The notes: a model not told the origin generated them from the sequence alone. DNA of 43,287 nucleotides from Mageeibacillus sp. UBA1255 (GCA_002308795.1 DBVV01000072.1:818-44104), one strand, 5' to 3'; positions 9,579 through 18,464 are shown, counted from the first letter of the stretch. A program made the numbers and translations.

Positions 9579-10474
9579 CGATCGTTTTCCGCACCGCCTG
9601 TGATCTCAAATCCGTCGTCATTCTCTTCGATTTTAAAAAGGCGCGGCCTTTCGTTCGGGTTAACGTTCGTGCTGTGGAGGATAAGATACGTGTTCCCGTC
9701 GAAACCGTCGAATATCATGCCGTGACCTCCGTCGCTGTCGTAGATGAATTTATCCGCGTGGCGCCACGGACCCAGTATGCTTCCGCTGTCGCTGATCGCC
9801 AGCGCCTGTACGTACCAGTATTGCGGCCCGGCGTGAAAACCGGACCATAACATATACAGCTTGCCGTTTCTGCCTTTTCTGAAAAACGGGCCGTCAGTTA
9901 CGTAATTCCGGCTGCTTGGATCGATAAGCGAATAAGCCCATTCCGCGTCACCTGCGCGTAAAATAACTTTTGAAGGTCCGGCCGGGGAGGCAAGGTCGTC
10001 AGTAAGCGGCATAACGTCGATCGTTCCGTCTCCGATCTGCGTCCATTCGTGACAGAAAGCGGTCCAGGGTGTCCCGTTTTCGTCAACGTAGAATGTGGCG
10101 TCAAGGCATGCCCATCCTTCCGGTGTGATCGGTCCGTCAGTGAAGGGAAGGAACGGCCCCATCGGGCTGTCGCTTCTGAGGATCTGCGAACAGCGAAGCC
10201 GCGTCTCGCTCCTGAAGCTTGCAAACATGTAATAAACGCCTTTATATTTGTGTATCTCCGGAGCAAAAAAATCTCTGTCAGCCCAGAAACCGTCCGGCCG
10301 CGTGAAACATTCGTGAGGCTCAGACCATTCGTACAGATCGCGTGAGGTGTAAACGTCGAGCCCTTTCCACGGGATCACTTTTGTCGAAGGCCCTCTGCGG
10401 GTCCCGTAAAGATAATATACCCCGTCTTCTGCAAATATGAACGGATCGCGGATGTGGATCTCATTTAATTTCAT
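9575..10474 (-). CDS. GH43 family glycoside hydrolase
   Basis: IRDPFIFAEDGVYYLYGT and FFAPEIHKYKGVYYMF beta-propeller blade motifs of GH43. The start is taken at the internal ATG 10474, preceded by AGGAGA. The stop overlaps the ATPase start (ATGA). Confidence 0.8.
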   Translation of the reverse strand: MKLNEIHIRDPFIFAEDGVYYLYGTRRGPSTKVIPWKGLDVYTSRDLYEWSEPHECFTRPDGFWADRDFFAPEIHKYKGVYYMFASFRSETRLRCSQILRSDSPMGPFLPFTDGPITPEGWACLDATFYVDENGTPWTAFCHEWTQIGDGTIDVMPLTDDLASPAGPSKVILRAGDAEWAYSLIDPSSRNYVTDGPFFRKGRNGKLYMLWSGFHAGPQYWYVQALAISDSGSILGPWRHADKFIYDSDGGHGMIFDGFDGNTYLILHSTNVNPNERPRLFKIEENDDGFEITGGAENDR

Positions 10475-10590
10475 AGGGTCGTCTCCTGCATTGACTGAAT
10501 TAACGGACCGCCGCATCGCGGTGCCGGGCAACAACGTTGTCCTGCGTATTTTATAATAAAAGCGCGCGATTGTCTATAATAAGTATCTTA

Positions 10591-10620
10591 TTGCAAACAG
10601 CTTACCGGATGCGGTATAAT
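10591..10620 (+). promoter_or_regulatory. Candidate sigma-70 promoter for the lyxose-isomerase gene
   Basis: TTGCAA (10591..10596), 18-nt spacer, TATAAT (10615..10620). Confidence 0.4.
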
Positions 10621-10734
10621 TCAGCCGCGTATAAAAACCGTCAGGGTCATGCGCCCTAACGAAGAAAAACTATCTTCGGCGGCATGGCGAGTCATTGACA
10701 GACGAAAAAACGGCAGCGTAAAAAGGAGAATAAT

Positions 10735-11421
10735 ATGAAACGCAGTGAAATCAACAAGGCATTAAAGGAACTTGAGGAAATGTGCAGAAAGCATTGCTTT
10801 GTTCTTCCTCCTTTCTGCAATTTCACTCCGGAGGAGTGGAAAACAAAAGGCCACGAATACGATGAAGTCAGAGATTGTATGCTTGGCTGGGATATAACGG
10901 ACTTCGGCATCGGTAATTTTGATAAGATCGGTTTTTCGCTCATTACGATCAGAAACGGAAACCGTGCGATGGCGGATAAATACCCGAAAGTGTATGCGGA
11001 GAAACTGCTGTTCCTGAAAGAAGGTCAGTATTCTCTCAATCATTTTCACTGGTTCAAGACCGAAGACATTATAAACAGGGGAGGCGGAAATATTCTTATC
11101 CGCGTTTATAACTCTCACCCTGACGAGTCGATCGACTATGAGTCAGATGTTACTGTCCATACTGACGGGCGCACGTATACTGTACCGGCCGGAACGCAGG
11201 TGAGATTGACCCCCGGAGAAAGCATCTTTATCCAGCAGCGTCTCTACCATGATTTCACCGTTGAAGCAGGCACAGGCGACGTCCTTCTCGGCGAAGTGAG
11301 CCAGTGCAACGACGATAACACCGATAACCACTTTGACCCTCCGGCCGGCCGTTTTCCTTCGATCGAAGAAGACGAACCGCCGTACAGGCTGCTGTGCAAC
11401 GAATATCCCGCTGCCGAATGA
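10735..11421 (+). CDS. D-lyxose/D-mannose family sugar isomerase (cupin)
   Basis: N-terminal LPPFCNFTPEEW... and the GQYSLNHFHW...EDIINRGGG cupin metal-site region match the D-lyxose ketol-isomerase family. Strong AAAGGAG SD. Confidence 0.8.
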   Translation: MKRSEINKALKELEEMCRKHCFVLPPFCNFTPEEWKTKGHEYDEVRDCMLGWDITDFGIGNFDKIGFSLITIRNGNRAMADKYPKVYAEKLLFLKEGQYSLNHFHWFKTEDIINRGGGNILIRVYNSHPDESIDYESDVTVHTDGRTYTVPAGTQVRLTPGESIFIQQRLYHDFTVEAGTGDVLLGEVSQCNDDNTDNHFDPPAGRFPSIEEDEPPYRLLCNEYPAAE

Positions 11422-11426
11422 TCATA

Positions 11427-13553
11427 TCATTCCGACAGCCTGTATTTGTGTTTTTTATCATAACTCATACGGAAATCTATTGAATGAGGCGGGGGACAAT
11501 TTTCTTCCGCCTCTTCGATCAACGTGGCGAGTGTTTCCGCGCCGCACGTTTCCGTATCGATGCCCCTTCGCTTTGCGATTTTCTTGGCGCAGAGTTCGAA
11601 CCACAGGTCTGTGAGACTCGTCTCTCCCTCTCTTATCGTGGCATGAGGCTCCATCAGGATCTTTTCGGCATGATCCAGCTTTCCGAGCTTCACGCCGCAG
11701 ATCGCACTTAGTATCGACACCCGGTCCGCTTCTTTGATGTTATCAGGCATCGATTCATAAAGCGCCCAGGCTTCTGCGTACTCCTTCCGGTCGCAAAGGT
11801 CATCCATATACTCGGCGCAGAAAGCGAAATCAGACTTTGCGGCATCAAGTTCAAACACACGCCTGTAATACTCGTCAGATCCGCCGTAATTATCACGCAG
11901 CATCTCCAGATGCGCCAGATCGCGTCTCGCCCAGACGTTAGGCGTCAGCATATCGGACTCTTTCCATGCTTCTTCGGCGCGGATCTCGTAACGTTTTTTC
12001 TCATCTTCGCTCCATCCGTATGCGACACGGGCCGGAACGTTATCGGGCCAGTATTCGAAAAGCATCGTTCCGTAATGGAGCAGGCTGAACCAGTTTCTTC
12101 CGCCGGGGCGGTCAATGCCTGCTTCCAGCAGTTTCATCCATTTCGGCGATACCATCCATGAAACGGGTATATCATCAGGATCAGGGGGCGTCAATACGCC
12201 TTTTTCGAGCAGTTCGAGCCACGGCTCCTGTTCTTTCCCGAGCGTGCACTCCGGAAAACACATCGACGCGGGCAATTCTTTTTCGTTTTCTGATTTTCTG
12301 CGCTTTTGTTCGAGCGCTCCCCATCCCGATGCGAAATGGACGATATCTTTTTCGCTCATTTCCGTTTCCGCTGCCTCTTTGAACTTCCTGTCAAACTCTA
12401 AAAGATCCGCTTCGCTGATGATATTGTCCATGACGGTGCCCATATATTCGTCTGCCGCCTCGAGACTGACGCCGTGAACTTTTGCAGGGTCAAGCACCGT
12501 CCCGCCGAAACATTGCGTCCATTCAAATACGCCTCCGGCCGGGAACAGTTTGTCGTGTACCTGGCTCTGTGCTATCCCTGCCTGAAGTTCGATATAATCG
12601 CCCTTCCCGGGCACGGACAGATAATCCTGCCAGCGTTTTCCGCCCTTGTGGTTTCCCCAGCAGAACATTTTATGGTACAGGAGCGGCGCCGTAGAGCGGT
12701 CGTAAAAAGCGAACCCGTCTTTATTTACGCTGCTTTCCCATGCTGTTTTCTCATCCTTGCGAGGCTGGAAGAAATAGTCGAAGCTCCGCGTTGCATTGAT
12801 CGGGTAGGAAAGATCTCCGGACATCTCAGAAAGATACGGGAGTTTTTCAAACGTCATCGAGCCGCGGCTGCCCAGAGCGATGACGTCCTGCGAAGAGCAT
12901 AGGACCCTTGTCCCGCCGTCCTCCGGAACTGCGATATTCGTCCACCAGTACGTCGTTGAATCTTCGTCGTTCGGGTTGATCAGTTTAACGTGTGAGAATA
13001 GCCGGCGCGATCCTTCGGGAAGGTGGAAATCCGCCTGCCAGAGGCATTCTTTCGCACGCTCAAACTCATAGATCCGCAGGAAATCATTTCCTTCGGCATC
13101 TTTCAGGATCGCGGCAAAAACGTCTTCGCAGGAGAATACCGTATGACCGAGAGAACCGAAATTCCACTCGATCCCTCCTGAAGTCCAGGCGTTTCTGATA
13201 GCAAGGTTCCGCGGCCTCAGGACAGGATTTGCGAACAGCAGATCTTTTTTATTTTCTTTATCATATAACGACCAGAGCTTTCCGCCGTATCCCGGCGTGA
13301 ATTCAGCTCTTAAAAAGCCGTTTTCCATTACTATCGTCTTCAGCGTGACGTCCGAAAGAACTTCAGGGTATCTGTCCTGCATCATATAAGGGAGCGTCCT
13401 CGTCTCGGCGCCGATATTTTCGGCAGCTTCGGGAGGGAATTCTCCTTTCGGCTTTAAAATGCAGAACCCTGTCTCTCTCCTGAATCTGGGGAGCGGATCT
13501 GTTCCGCAAGGCTCTGCTCCCTTCAGCGTCAATGAACTTACGTACACGGACAT
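11427..13553 (-). CDS. DUF5107-like protein with a C-terminal helical (TPR-like) region
   Basis: GGIEWNFG and YWWTNIAVPE motifs that I associate with the DUF5107 family (recalled from memory, needs an HMM check). The ORF extends to 13646, but the ATG at 13553 (MSVYVSS...) is more plausible. Confidence 0.5.
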   Translation of the reverse strand: MSVYVSSLTLKGAEPCGTDPLPRFRRETGFCILKPKGEFPPEAAENIGAETRTLPYMMQDRYPEVLSDVTLKTIVMENGFLRAEFTPGYGGKLWSLYDKENKKDLLFANPVLRPRNLAIRNAWTSGGIEWNFGSLGHTVFSCEDVFAAILKDAEGNDFLRIYEFERAKECLWQADFHLPEGSRRLFSHVKLINPNDEDSTTYWWTNIAVPEDGGTRVLCSSQDVIALGSRGSMTFEKLPYLSEMSGDLSYPINATRSFDYFFQPRKDEKTAWESSVNKDGFAFYDRSTAPLLYHKMFCWGNHKGGKRWQDYLSVPGKGDYIELQAGIAQSQVHDKLFPAGGVFEWTQCFGGTVLDPAKVHGVSLEAADEYMGTVMDNIISEADLLEFDRKFKEAAETEMSEKDIVHFASGWGALEQKRRKSENEKELPASMCFPECTLGKEQEPWLELLEKGVLTPPDPDDIPVSWMVSPKWMKLLEAGIDRPGGRNWFSLLHYGTMLFEYWPDNVPARVAYGWSEDEKKRYEIRAEEAWKESDMLTPNVWARRDLAHLEMLRDNYGGSDEYYRRVFELDAAKSDFAFCAEYMDDLCDRKEYAEAWALYESMPDNIKEADRVSILSAICGVKLGKLDHAEKILMEPHATIREGETSLTDLWFELCAKKIAKRRGIDTETCGAETLATLIEEAEENCPPPHSIDFRMSYDKKHKYRLSE

Positions 13554-13644
13554 TATTTCGTACCGCCTTTCAGATATGTATCTGCGCACTGAAGCGTACA
13601 CAAAAAAGCGGCCGTTGTCAAGGCTTTTTCGGTTCGCAAGTTTC

Positions 13645-13675
13645 ACTTTAATTTGATACCGCCGTATGCTATAAT
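13645..13675 (+). promoter_or_regulatory. Candidate extended -10 promoter of the dfx operon
   Basis: TGcTATAAT (13667..13675) with a weak TTTAAT-like -35 element 17 nt upstream. Confidence 0.5.
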
Positions 13676-13679
13676 CAAT

Positions 13680-13697
13680 CCGTAATAATTATTACGG
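13680..13697. promoter_or_regulatory. Perfect 18-bp palindrome, candidate repressor operator
   Basis: CCGTAATAATTATTACGG is perfectly self-complementary. It lies between the -10 element and the GGGAGG SD of dfx. Confidence 0.5.
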
Positions 13698-13709
13698 GAG
13701 GTTTGAAAA

Positions 13710-14084
13710 ATGGATATTAAATTTTATCAGTGTGAAAACTGCGGACAGATCATCGCAAAGGTGAACGATACCGGCGTACCGGTCGTCTGCTGCGGAAAAC
13801 CAATGAAAGAGATCGTCGCCGGAACGGTCGAGGCATCTAAAGAAAAACACATTCCTGTTTACAGCGTTGACGGCGGGACCGTCACCGTGAGGATCGGTTC
13901 GATCGATCATCCGATGACCGAAGAACATTATATCGAGTGGGTAGTACTCCAGACCAGAGAAGGGAATCAGAGAAAACTCCTTTCGCCCGGATCCGCTCCC
14001 GAAGTCTGCTTCAGGATCTGCGACTGCGACGAAGTAGTTGCGGTGTATGCATACTGCAATCTCCACGGATTATGGAAAGCGTGA
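13710..14084 (+). CDS. dfx: Desulfoferrodoxin (2Fe superoxide reductase)
   Basis: N-terminal desulforedoxin-like CxxC...CC (YQCENCGQ...VVCCGKPM) plus C-terminal neelaredoxin-type site residues (KHIPV, HPMTEEHYIEW, YCNLHGLW). Confidence 0.9.
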   Translation: MDIKFYQCENCGQIIAKVNDTGVPVVCCGKPMKEIVAGTVEASKEKHIPVYSVDGGTVTVRIGSIDHPMTEEHYIEWVVLQTREGNQRKLLSPGSAPEVCFRICDCDEVVAVYAYCNLHGLWKA

Positions 14085-14088
14085 GAAT

Positions 14089-14289
14089 ATGCATATCACA
14101 TTGAACGAGGACAGCGAAGTAGTGGCTGCAGTGAAGGAAGGGCTCATAAGGACCGGGGGATATTGTCCGTGCAGAATGAAACGCACTCCCGAATACAAAT
14201 GCATGTGCGAAGAATTCAGAAACCAGATAAAAGATCCTGAATTCGAAGGCTACTGCCACTGTATGCTATACTATAAGCATAAGGATTGA
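14089..14289 (+). CDS. Small ferredoxin-thioredoxin-reductase catalytic-subunit-like protein (66 aa)
   Basis: CPC...CMC...CHC cysteine pattern (YCPCRMKRTPEYKCMCEEFRNQIKDPEFEGYCHC). The start is at the internal ATG 14089, 5 nt after the dfx stop. Confidence 0.6.
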   Translation: MHITLNEDSEVVAAVKEGLIRTGGYCPCRMKRTPEYKCMCEEFRNQIKDPEFEGYCHCMLYYKHKD

Positions 14290-14356
14290 CCGCCTGAGGA
14301 GATCTGACGTCTGTCATAAAGTTCATAGATTCTGATCAGAAAGGAGCTGTTTTATT

Positions 14357-14665
14357 ATGGCTGAGATCACTTTAACTAAAAACAATTTTGAAGAGGAAGT
14401 TATTAGATCTGACGTTCCGGTGCTCGTGGATTTCTGGGCGACCTGGTGCGGTCCCTGCCGCATGCTCTCCCCGATCATCGCGGAGATAGAAGAGGAGCGG
14501 AAAGATATAAAAGTCGGTAAGGTTAACGTAGATGATGAGCAGGCTCTGGCCGTTAAGTACGGTATCGACGCCATCCCTTCAATTTTCGTTTTCAAAAACG
14601 GAGAGATAGCCGCCAGATCTGTCGGATACAGATCGAAGGCTGATCTGCTTAAATTGATCGGATGA
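14357..14665 (+). CDS. trxA: Thioredoxin
   Basis: WATWCGPC active site, 102 aa and an AAGGAG SD. Confidence 0.9.
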   Translation: MAEITLTKNNFEEEVIRSDVPVLVDFWATWCGPCRMLSPIIAEIEEERKDIKVGKVNVDDEQALAVKYGIDAIPSIFVFKNGEIAARSVGYRSKADLLKLIG

Positions 14666-14708
14666 GATACAGTACCCGGCATACGCGTTTTAATAAAGGA
14701 GAAATGTA

Positions 14709-16499
14709 ATGTTTATTTCTGACTCAATCAAGTATATCGGTGTAAACGATCATAAGATCGACCTTTTCGAGGGACAGTACGTAGTACCGAACGGCATGGC
14801 GTATAACTCATACGTTATTGTCGACGATAAAGTAGCTGTTTTCGATACTGTCGACAGGAACTATTCTCACGAATGGCTTGATAATCTGAAAAAGGCCCTG
14901 GGGGGCCGGACCCCTGATTATCTGATAGTTTCGCATATGGAACCGGATCATTCCGCGAATATTGCTGCTTTCGCAAACCTTTATCCTCATACGGTGATAG
15001 TGGCTTCGGCTAAAGCGTTTTCCATGATGCAGAACTTCTTCGGCACGGATTTCGCAGACCGCCGCATAACCGTCGGCGAGGGGGATTCTCTTTCTCTTGG
15101 AAAGCATGTCCTGAATTTCCATACTGCGCCTATGGTGCACTGGCCGGAGGTCGTAATGACCTACGAGAGCACGGAGAAGGTGCTGTTTTCCGCCGATGCT
15201 TTCGGTAAATTCGGTGCGCTGGATGCGGATGAGGACTGGGCGTGCGAGGCCAGACGCTATTATTTCGGTATCGTAGGGAAGTACGGCGCTCAGGTGGCTT
15301 CCGTGCTTAAAAAGCTGTCGGCGCTCGAAGTCGCAGTTATATGCCCGCTTCACGGACCTGTGCTGAATGAAAATCTGTCATATTATCTGAATCTTTATTC
15401 TATCTGGTCGTCATACGGCGTAGAGACAGAAGGTATTTTCATCGCGTACACGTCAGTCTACGGTAACACTAAAAAAGCTGTCGACGCACTTGCGGAAAAG
15501 CTTAAAGAAAAGGGCTGCCCGAAGGTGTCCGTGACCGACCTTGCCAGAGACGATATGGCCGAAGCGGTGGAAGACGCGTTCAGATACGGTAAGATCGTAC
15601 TTGCGACCACTACGTATAACGCGGATATCTTTCCTTTCATGCGTACGTTTATCGAGCACCTGACTGAGCGGAACTTCTCTAACAGGACGGTCGCTTTGAT
15701 TGAAAACGGTTCCTGGGCACCTCAGGCCGCTAAGGTCATGAAGGAAATGCTTTCATCCGGAAAGAATATCAAATTCGCCGATAATACGGTGCATATCCGG
15801 TCTGCGCTTAACGAGGAATCCAGGAATCAGATCGACGCGCTCGCCGATGAACTGTGCACGGAATACATAGCACAGCGCGGTGACAGCGCTAATAAAAACG
15901 ATCTGAAGGCACTGTTCAATATCGGTTACGGCCTGTACGTCGTCACTTCGAATGACGGGGAGAGGGACAATGGTCTTATAGTTAATACCGTGACGCAGCT
16001 TACGAGTTCTCCCAACCGTGTCGCGGTGGCGATTAATAAGGATAATTACTCTCACCACATCATCAGACAGACCGGTATTATGAACGTTAACTGTCTGTCT
16101 ACGGAAGCACCTTTCTCCGTATTCCAGAATTACGGATTCAGGAGCGGACGCAACGAGGATAAATTTGAAGGCATCGCGGAGATGCGTTCGGATAATGGCC
16201 TTCGTTTCCTGCCTCAGTACATAAATTCGTTTATGTCTCTTAAAGTCGAGCAATATATCGATATGGGCACCCACGGCCTGTTCGTGTGTTCCGTGACAGA
16301 GGCGCGTGTGATATCGAAAGTTGAAACGATGACGTATACGTATTACCAGAACAACGTTAAACCCAAGCCCGAAACGGAAGGAAAGAAAGGGTTCGTATGT
16401 AAAGTCTGCGGCTACGTGTACGAAGGCGACGAACTCCCCGAAGACTTCGTATGCCCGCTGTGCAAGCACGGAGCGGCTGACTTTGAACCGGTTAAATAG
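14709..16499 (+). CDS. Multidomain flavodiiron protein: metallo-beta-lactamase diiron + flavodoxin + flavin-reductase-like + rubredoxin
   Basis: HMEPDH diiron ligand motif and a flavodoxin-like module (IAYTSVYGNTKK). A flavin-reductase-like module follows (YGLYVVTSNDGERDNGLIVNTV). The C-terminal rubredoxin carries two CxxC pairs (CKVCGYVYEG...CPLCKHG). Confidence 0.85.
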   Translation: MFISDSIKYIGVNDHKIDLFEGQYVVPNGMAYNSYVIVDDKVAVFDTVDRNYSHEWLDNLKKALGGRTPDYLIVSHMEPDHSANIAAFANLYPHTVIVASAKAFSMMQNFFGTDFADRRITVGEGDSLSLGKHVLNFHTAPMVHWPEVVMTYESTEKVLFSADAFGKFGALDADEDWACEARRYYFGIVGKYGAQVASVLKKLSALEVAVICPLHGPVLNENLSYYLNLYSIWSSYGVETEGIFIAYTSVYGNTKKAVDALAEKLKEKGCPKVSVTDLARDDMAEAVEDAFRYGKIVLATTTYNADIFPFMRTFIEHLTERNFSNRTVALIENGSWAPQAAKVMKEMLSSGKNIKFADNTVHIRSALNEESRNQIDALADELCTEYIAQRGDSANKNDLKALFNIGYGLYVVTSNDGERDNGLIVNTVTQLTSSPNRVAVAINKDNYSHHIIRQTGIMNVNCLSTEAPFSVFQNYGFRSGRNEDKFEGIAEMRSDNGLRFLPQYINSFMSLKVEQYIDMGTHGLFVCSVTEARVISKVETMTYTYYQNNVKPKPETEGKKGFVCKVCGYVYEGDELPEDFVCPLCKHGAADFEPVK

Positions 16500-16595
16500 A
16501 ATACGCGCAGCATGACGTATTAAAACGCAAATCAACACACAATTATACACGCAAATAAACGCGCAAAGAAAGCAGCAGAAAGGAGCGCATAAGAG

Positions 16596-16889
16596 ATGAG
16601 AGAAAAAGGAAGCGGATTCGCAGGATTTATCATTTGTTTCCTTGTCAGCCTTTTATACCACGCAGGATGGGCGGTGGCTACGGTCATCGCGCTGATCGTA
16701 CATTATACGGCTTCGTACCCGCTCTGGCCTGTTTTCGCAGGTCTCGGGATATGGGTGCTCAGCGCGCTCATAAGCGCACTTGTGATCACTTTCGGCAATA
16801 AAAACTATGCCGGTCCGATCGTAAAGCAGGATAACATTAATCCGTACTCCAAGTCCAACAGCGATTTCGGAATGGGAGAAAAAAAGTAA
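16596..16889 (+). CDS. Small hypothetical membrane protein (97 aa)
   Basis: Three predicted hydrophobic helices and an AGGAG SD upstream. No recognisable family. Confidence 0.5.
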   Translation: MREKGSGFAGFIICFLVSLLYHAGWAVATVIALIVHYTASYPLWPVFAGLGIWVLSALISALVITFGNKNYAGPIVKQDNINPYSKSNSDFGMGEKK

Positions 16890-16906
16890 TTTAACAGTGT
16901 GGGATC

Positions 16907-18442
16907 ATGTCCGGAAAAGTGTATGTGGCGATAGATCTCAAATCATTCTATGCTTCGGTCGAGTGCGTTGACCGGGGCATAGATTCTCTGTCGTCATATC
17001 TTGTTGTCGCGGACGAGACCAGAACAGAAAAAACTATATGTCTGGCTGTTTCTCCGGCGCTTAAAAGCCACGGTATCCCCGGGCGGCCGAGATTGTTTGA
17101 AGTGATCGCGAGAGTGAACGAGGTCAATGCCGGGCGCCTCGCCGCTATACAGAAGAAGTACGGTAAAGATGCAAAATTTACCGGTACGGCGTTCGACGAC
17201 AGAGTGCTCAGATCTGATGAGACGCTGAAACTGGGTTTTACGGTGGCAAGGCCGCGTATGAGGCGTTATATGGAGATCAGTTCTAAAATTTACGGGATCT
17301 ATCTCCGCTTCGTCTCCCCGGAAGATATGCACGTTTACTCAGTGGACGAAGTGTTCATCGATGCGACTCCGTATCTTGAACTCTACCATTTAGATCCGGA
17401 ACAATTTGCTCGTATGCTCGTTCGCGAGGAGCAGAAGGAGACAGGAATAGCCGCGACGGCCGGTATAGGCACGAATCTGTACCTTGCGAAGATCGCTATG
17501 GATATAGAAGCGAAGCATATGGCGCCGGACGCGGACGGAGTAAGGGTGGCCAGCCTGGACGAGCGCGCTTACAGAGAAAAATACTGGTGCCATACTCCGA
17601 TAACCGATTTCTGGAGAGTCGGAAAGGGTTACGAGCGCAGACTTGAGAGCGCAGGCATGCGGACGATGGGCGATATTGCGAGGATGTCTGTCTACAACGA
17701 AGATAAATTGTACAAATTATTCGGAGTAGCGGCCGAACTGCTTATTGACCACGCATGGGGATGGGAGCCGTGCACTATTAAAGACATACACGGATGCGAG
17801 CCGGAAAACAGAAGCCTGAGCGTAGGGCAGGTATTGTCCGCACCGTACCCGTTCGATAAAGCAAAACTCGTGGCAAGAGAGATGGCGGATTCGCTCGTGC
17901 TTGACCTGGTCGAAAAACGTTTGAAGACTGATCAGCTCGTATTGACGGTAGGATATGATACGGAAAACGTCAGGAGGTCCGAGGCCGGGTACGGGAATGA
18001 GCAGCCGGGAACGGAGATCGACAGATATGGCAGGAAGGTGCCTAAAAGTGCACACGGCTCTCAAAATCTGGGCGGATTTTACGATTCCACGAAAAAAATA
18101 CTGACGGTGCTGAACGAACTGTTCGACAGAATAGTTGACCCCGGCCTGACGGTCAGGAGGATGTACGTTGTCGCAAATCACGTGATATCTGCCGAAACGG
18201 CCGATAAACGGAACAGGGAAAAGACAGCGGTAAAGCAGTTGAGCCTGTTTTCGGACGAAGAAGCTGAAGAACGGGCCGAAAGAGAATCGGAGGATAAACT
18301 CCGGAAGGAACACGATATGCAGAAAGCGGTGCTCGATCTCAGAAGGAGGTTCGGGAAAAACGCTGTCCTGCGGGGAATGAACCTGGAAGAAGGCGCTACC
18401 GCTATCGAGCGCAATTCACAGGTCGGAGGACACAGGGAGTAA
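16907..18442 (+). CDS. Y-family (translesion) DNA polymerase
   Basis: N-terminal VAIDLKSFYASVEC catalytic motif, VYSVDEVFIDATPY and the GIGTNLYLAKIA helix-hairpin-helix region typical of the UmuC/DinB-like family. Confidence 0.85.
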   Translation: MSGKVYVAIDLKSFYASVECVDRGIDSLSSYLVVADETRTEKTICLAVSPALKSHGIPGRPRLFEVIARVNEVNAGRLAAIQKKYGKDAKFTGTAFDDRVLRSDETLKLGFTVARPRMRRYMEISSKIYGIYLRFVSPEDMHVYSVDEVFIDATPYLELYHLDPEQFARMLVREEQKETGIAATAGIGTNLYLAKIAMDIEAKHMAPDADGVRVASLDERAYREKYWCHTPITDFWRVGKGYERRLESAGMRTMGDIARMSVYNEDKLYKLFGVAAELLIDHAWGWEPCTIKDIHGCEPENRSLSVGQVLSAPYPFDKAKLVAREMADSLVLDLVEKRLKTDQLVLTVGYDTENVRRSEAGYGNEQPGTEIDRYGRKVPKSAHGSQNLGGFYDSTKKILTVLNELFDRIVDPGLTVRRMYVVANHVISAETADKRNREKTAVKQLSLFSDEEAEERAERESEDKLRKEHDMQKAVLDLRRRFGKNAVLRGMNLEEGATAIERNSQVGGHRE

Positions 18443-18464
18443 AAAGTTCGGGAGCGGCTGGATA

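Noticed and set aside
14330-14341. 12-bp palindrome TTCTGATCAGAA just upstream of the trxA SD
   Set aside because: It is short and single-copy, with no promoter elements around it. It could be a minor operator or a processing site, but the evidence is insufficient.
15753-16550. 265-aa minus-strand ORF antisense to the flavodiiron gene. Similar long antisense ORFs occur at 3326..4072, 5077..5796, 7744..8331, 22370..23155 and 27970..28557.
   Set aside because: All of them overlap confidently assigned genes on the other strand. They have no motifs, no ribosome-binding sites and a skewed composition, so I treat them as frame shadows.
16525-16568. ACGCAAAT direct repeats in the spacer after the flavodiiron gene
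   Set aside because: There are two 8-nt copies plus a degenerate third. It is noted under the polymerase-module finding but is too weak to call as a feature on its own.
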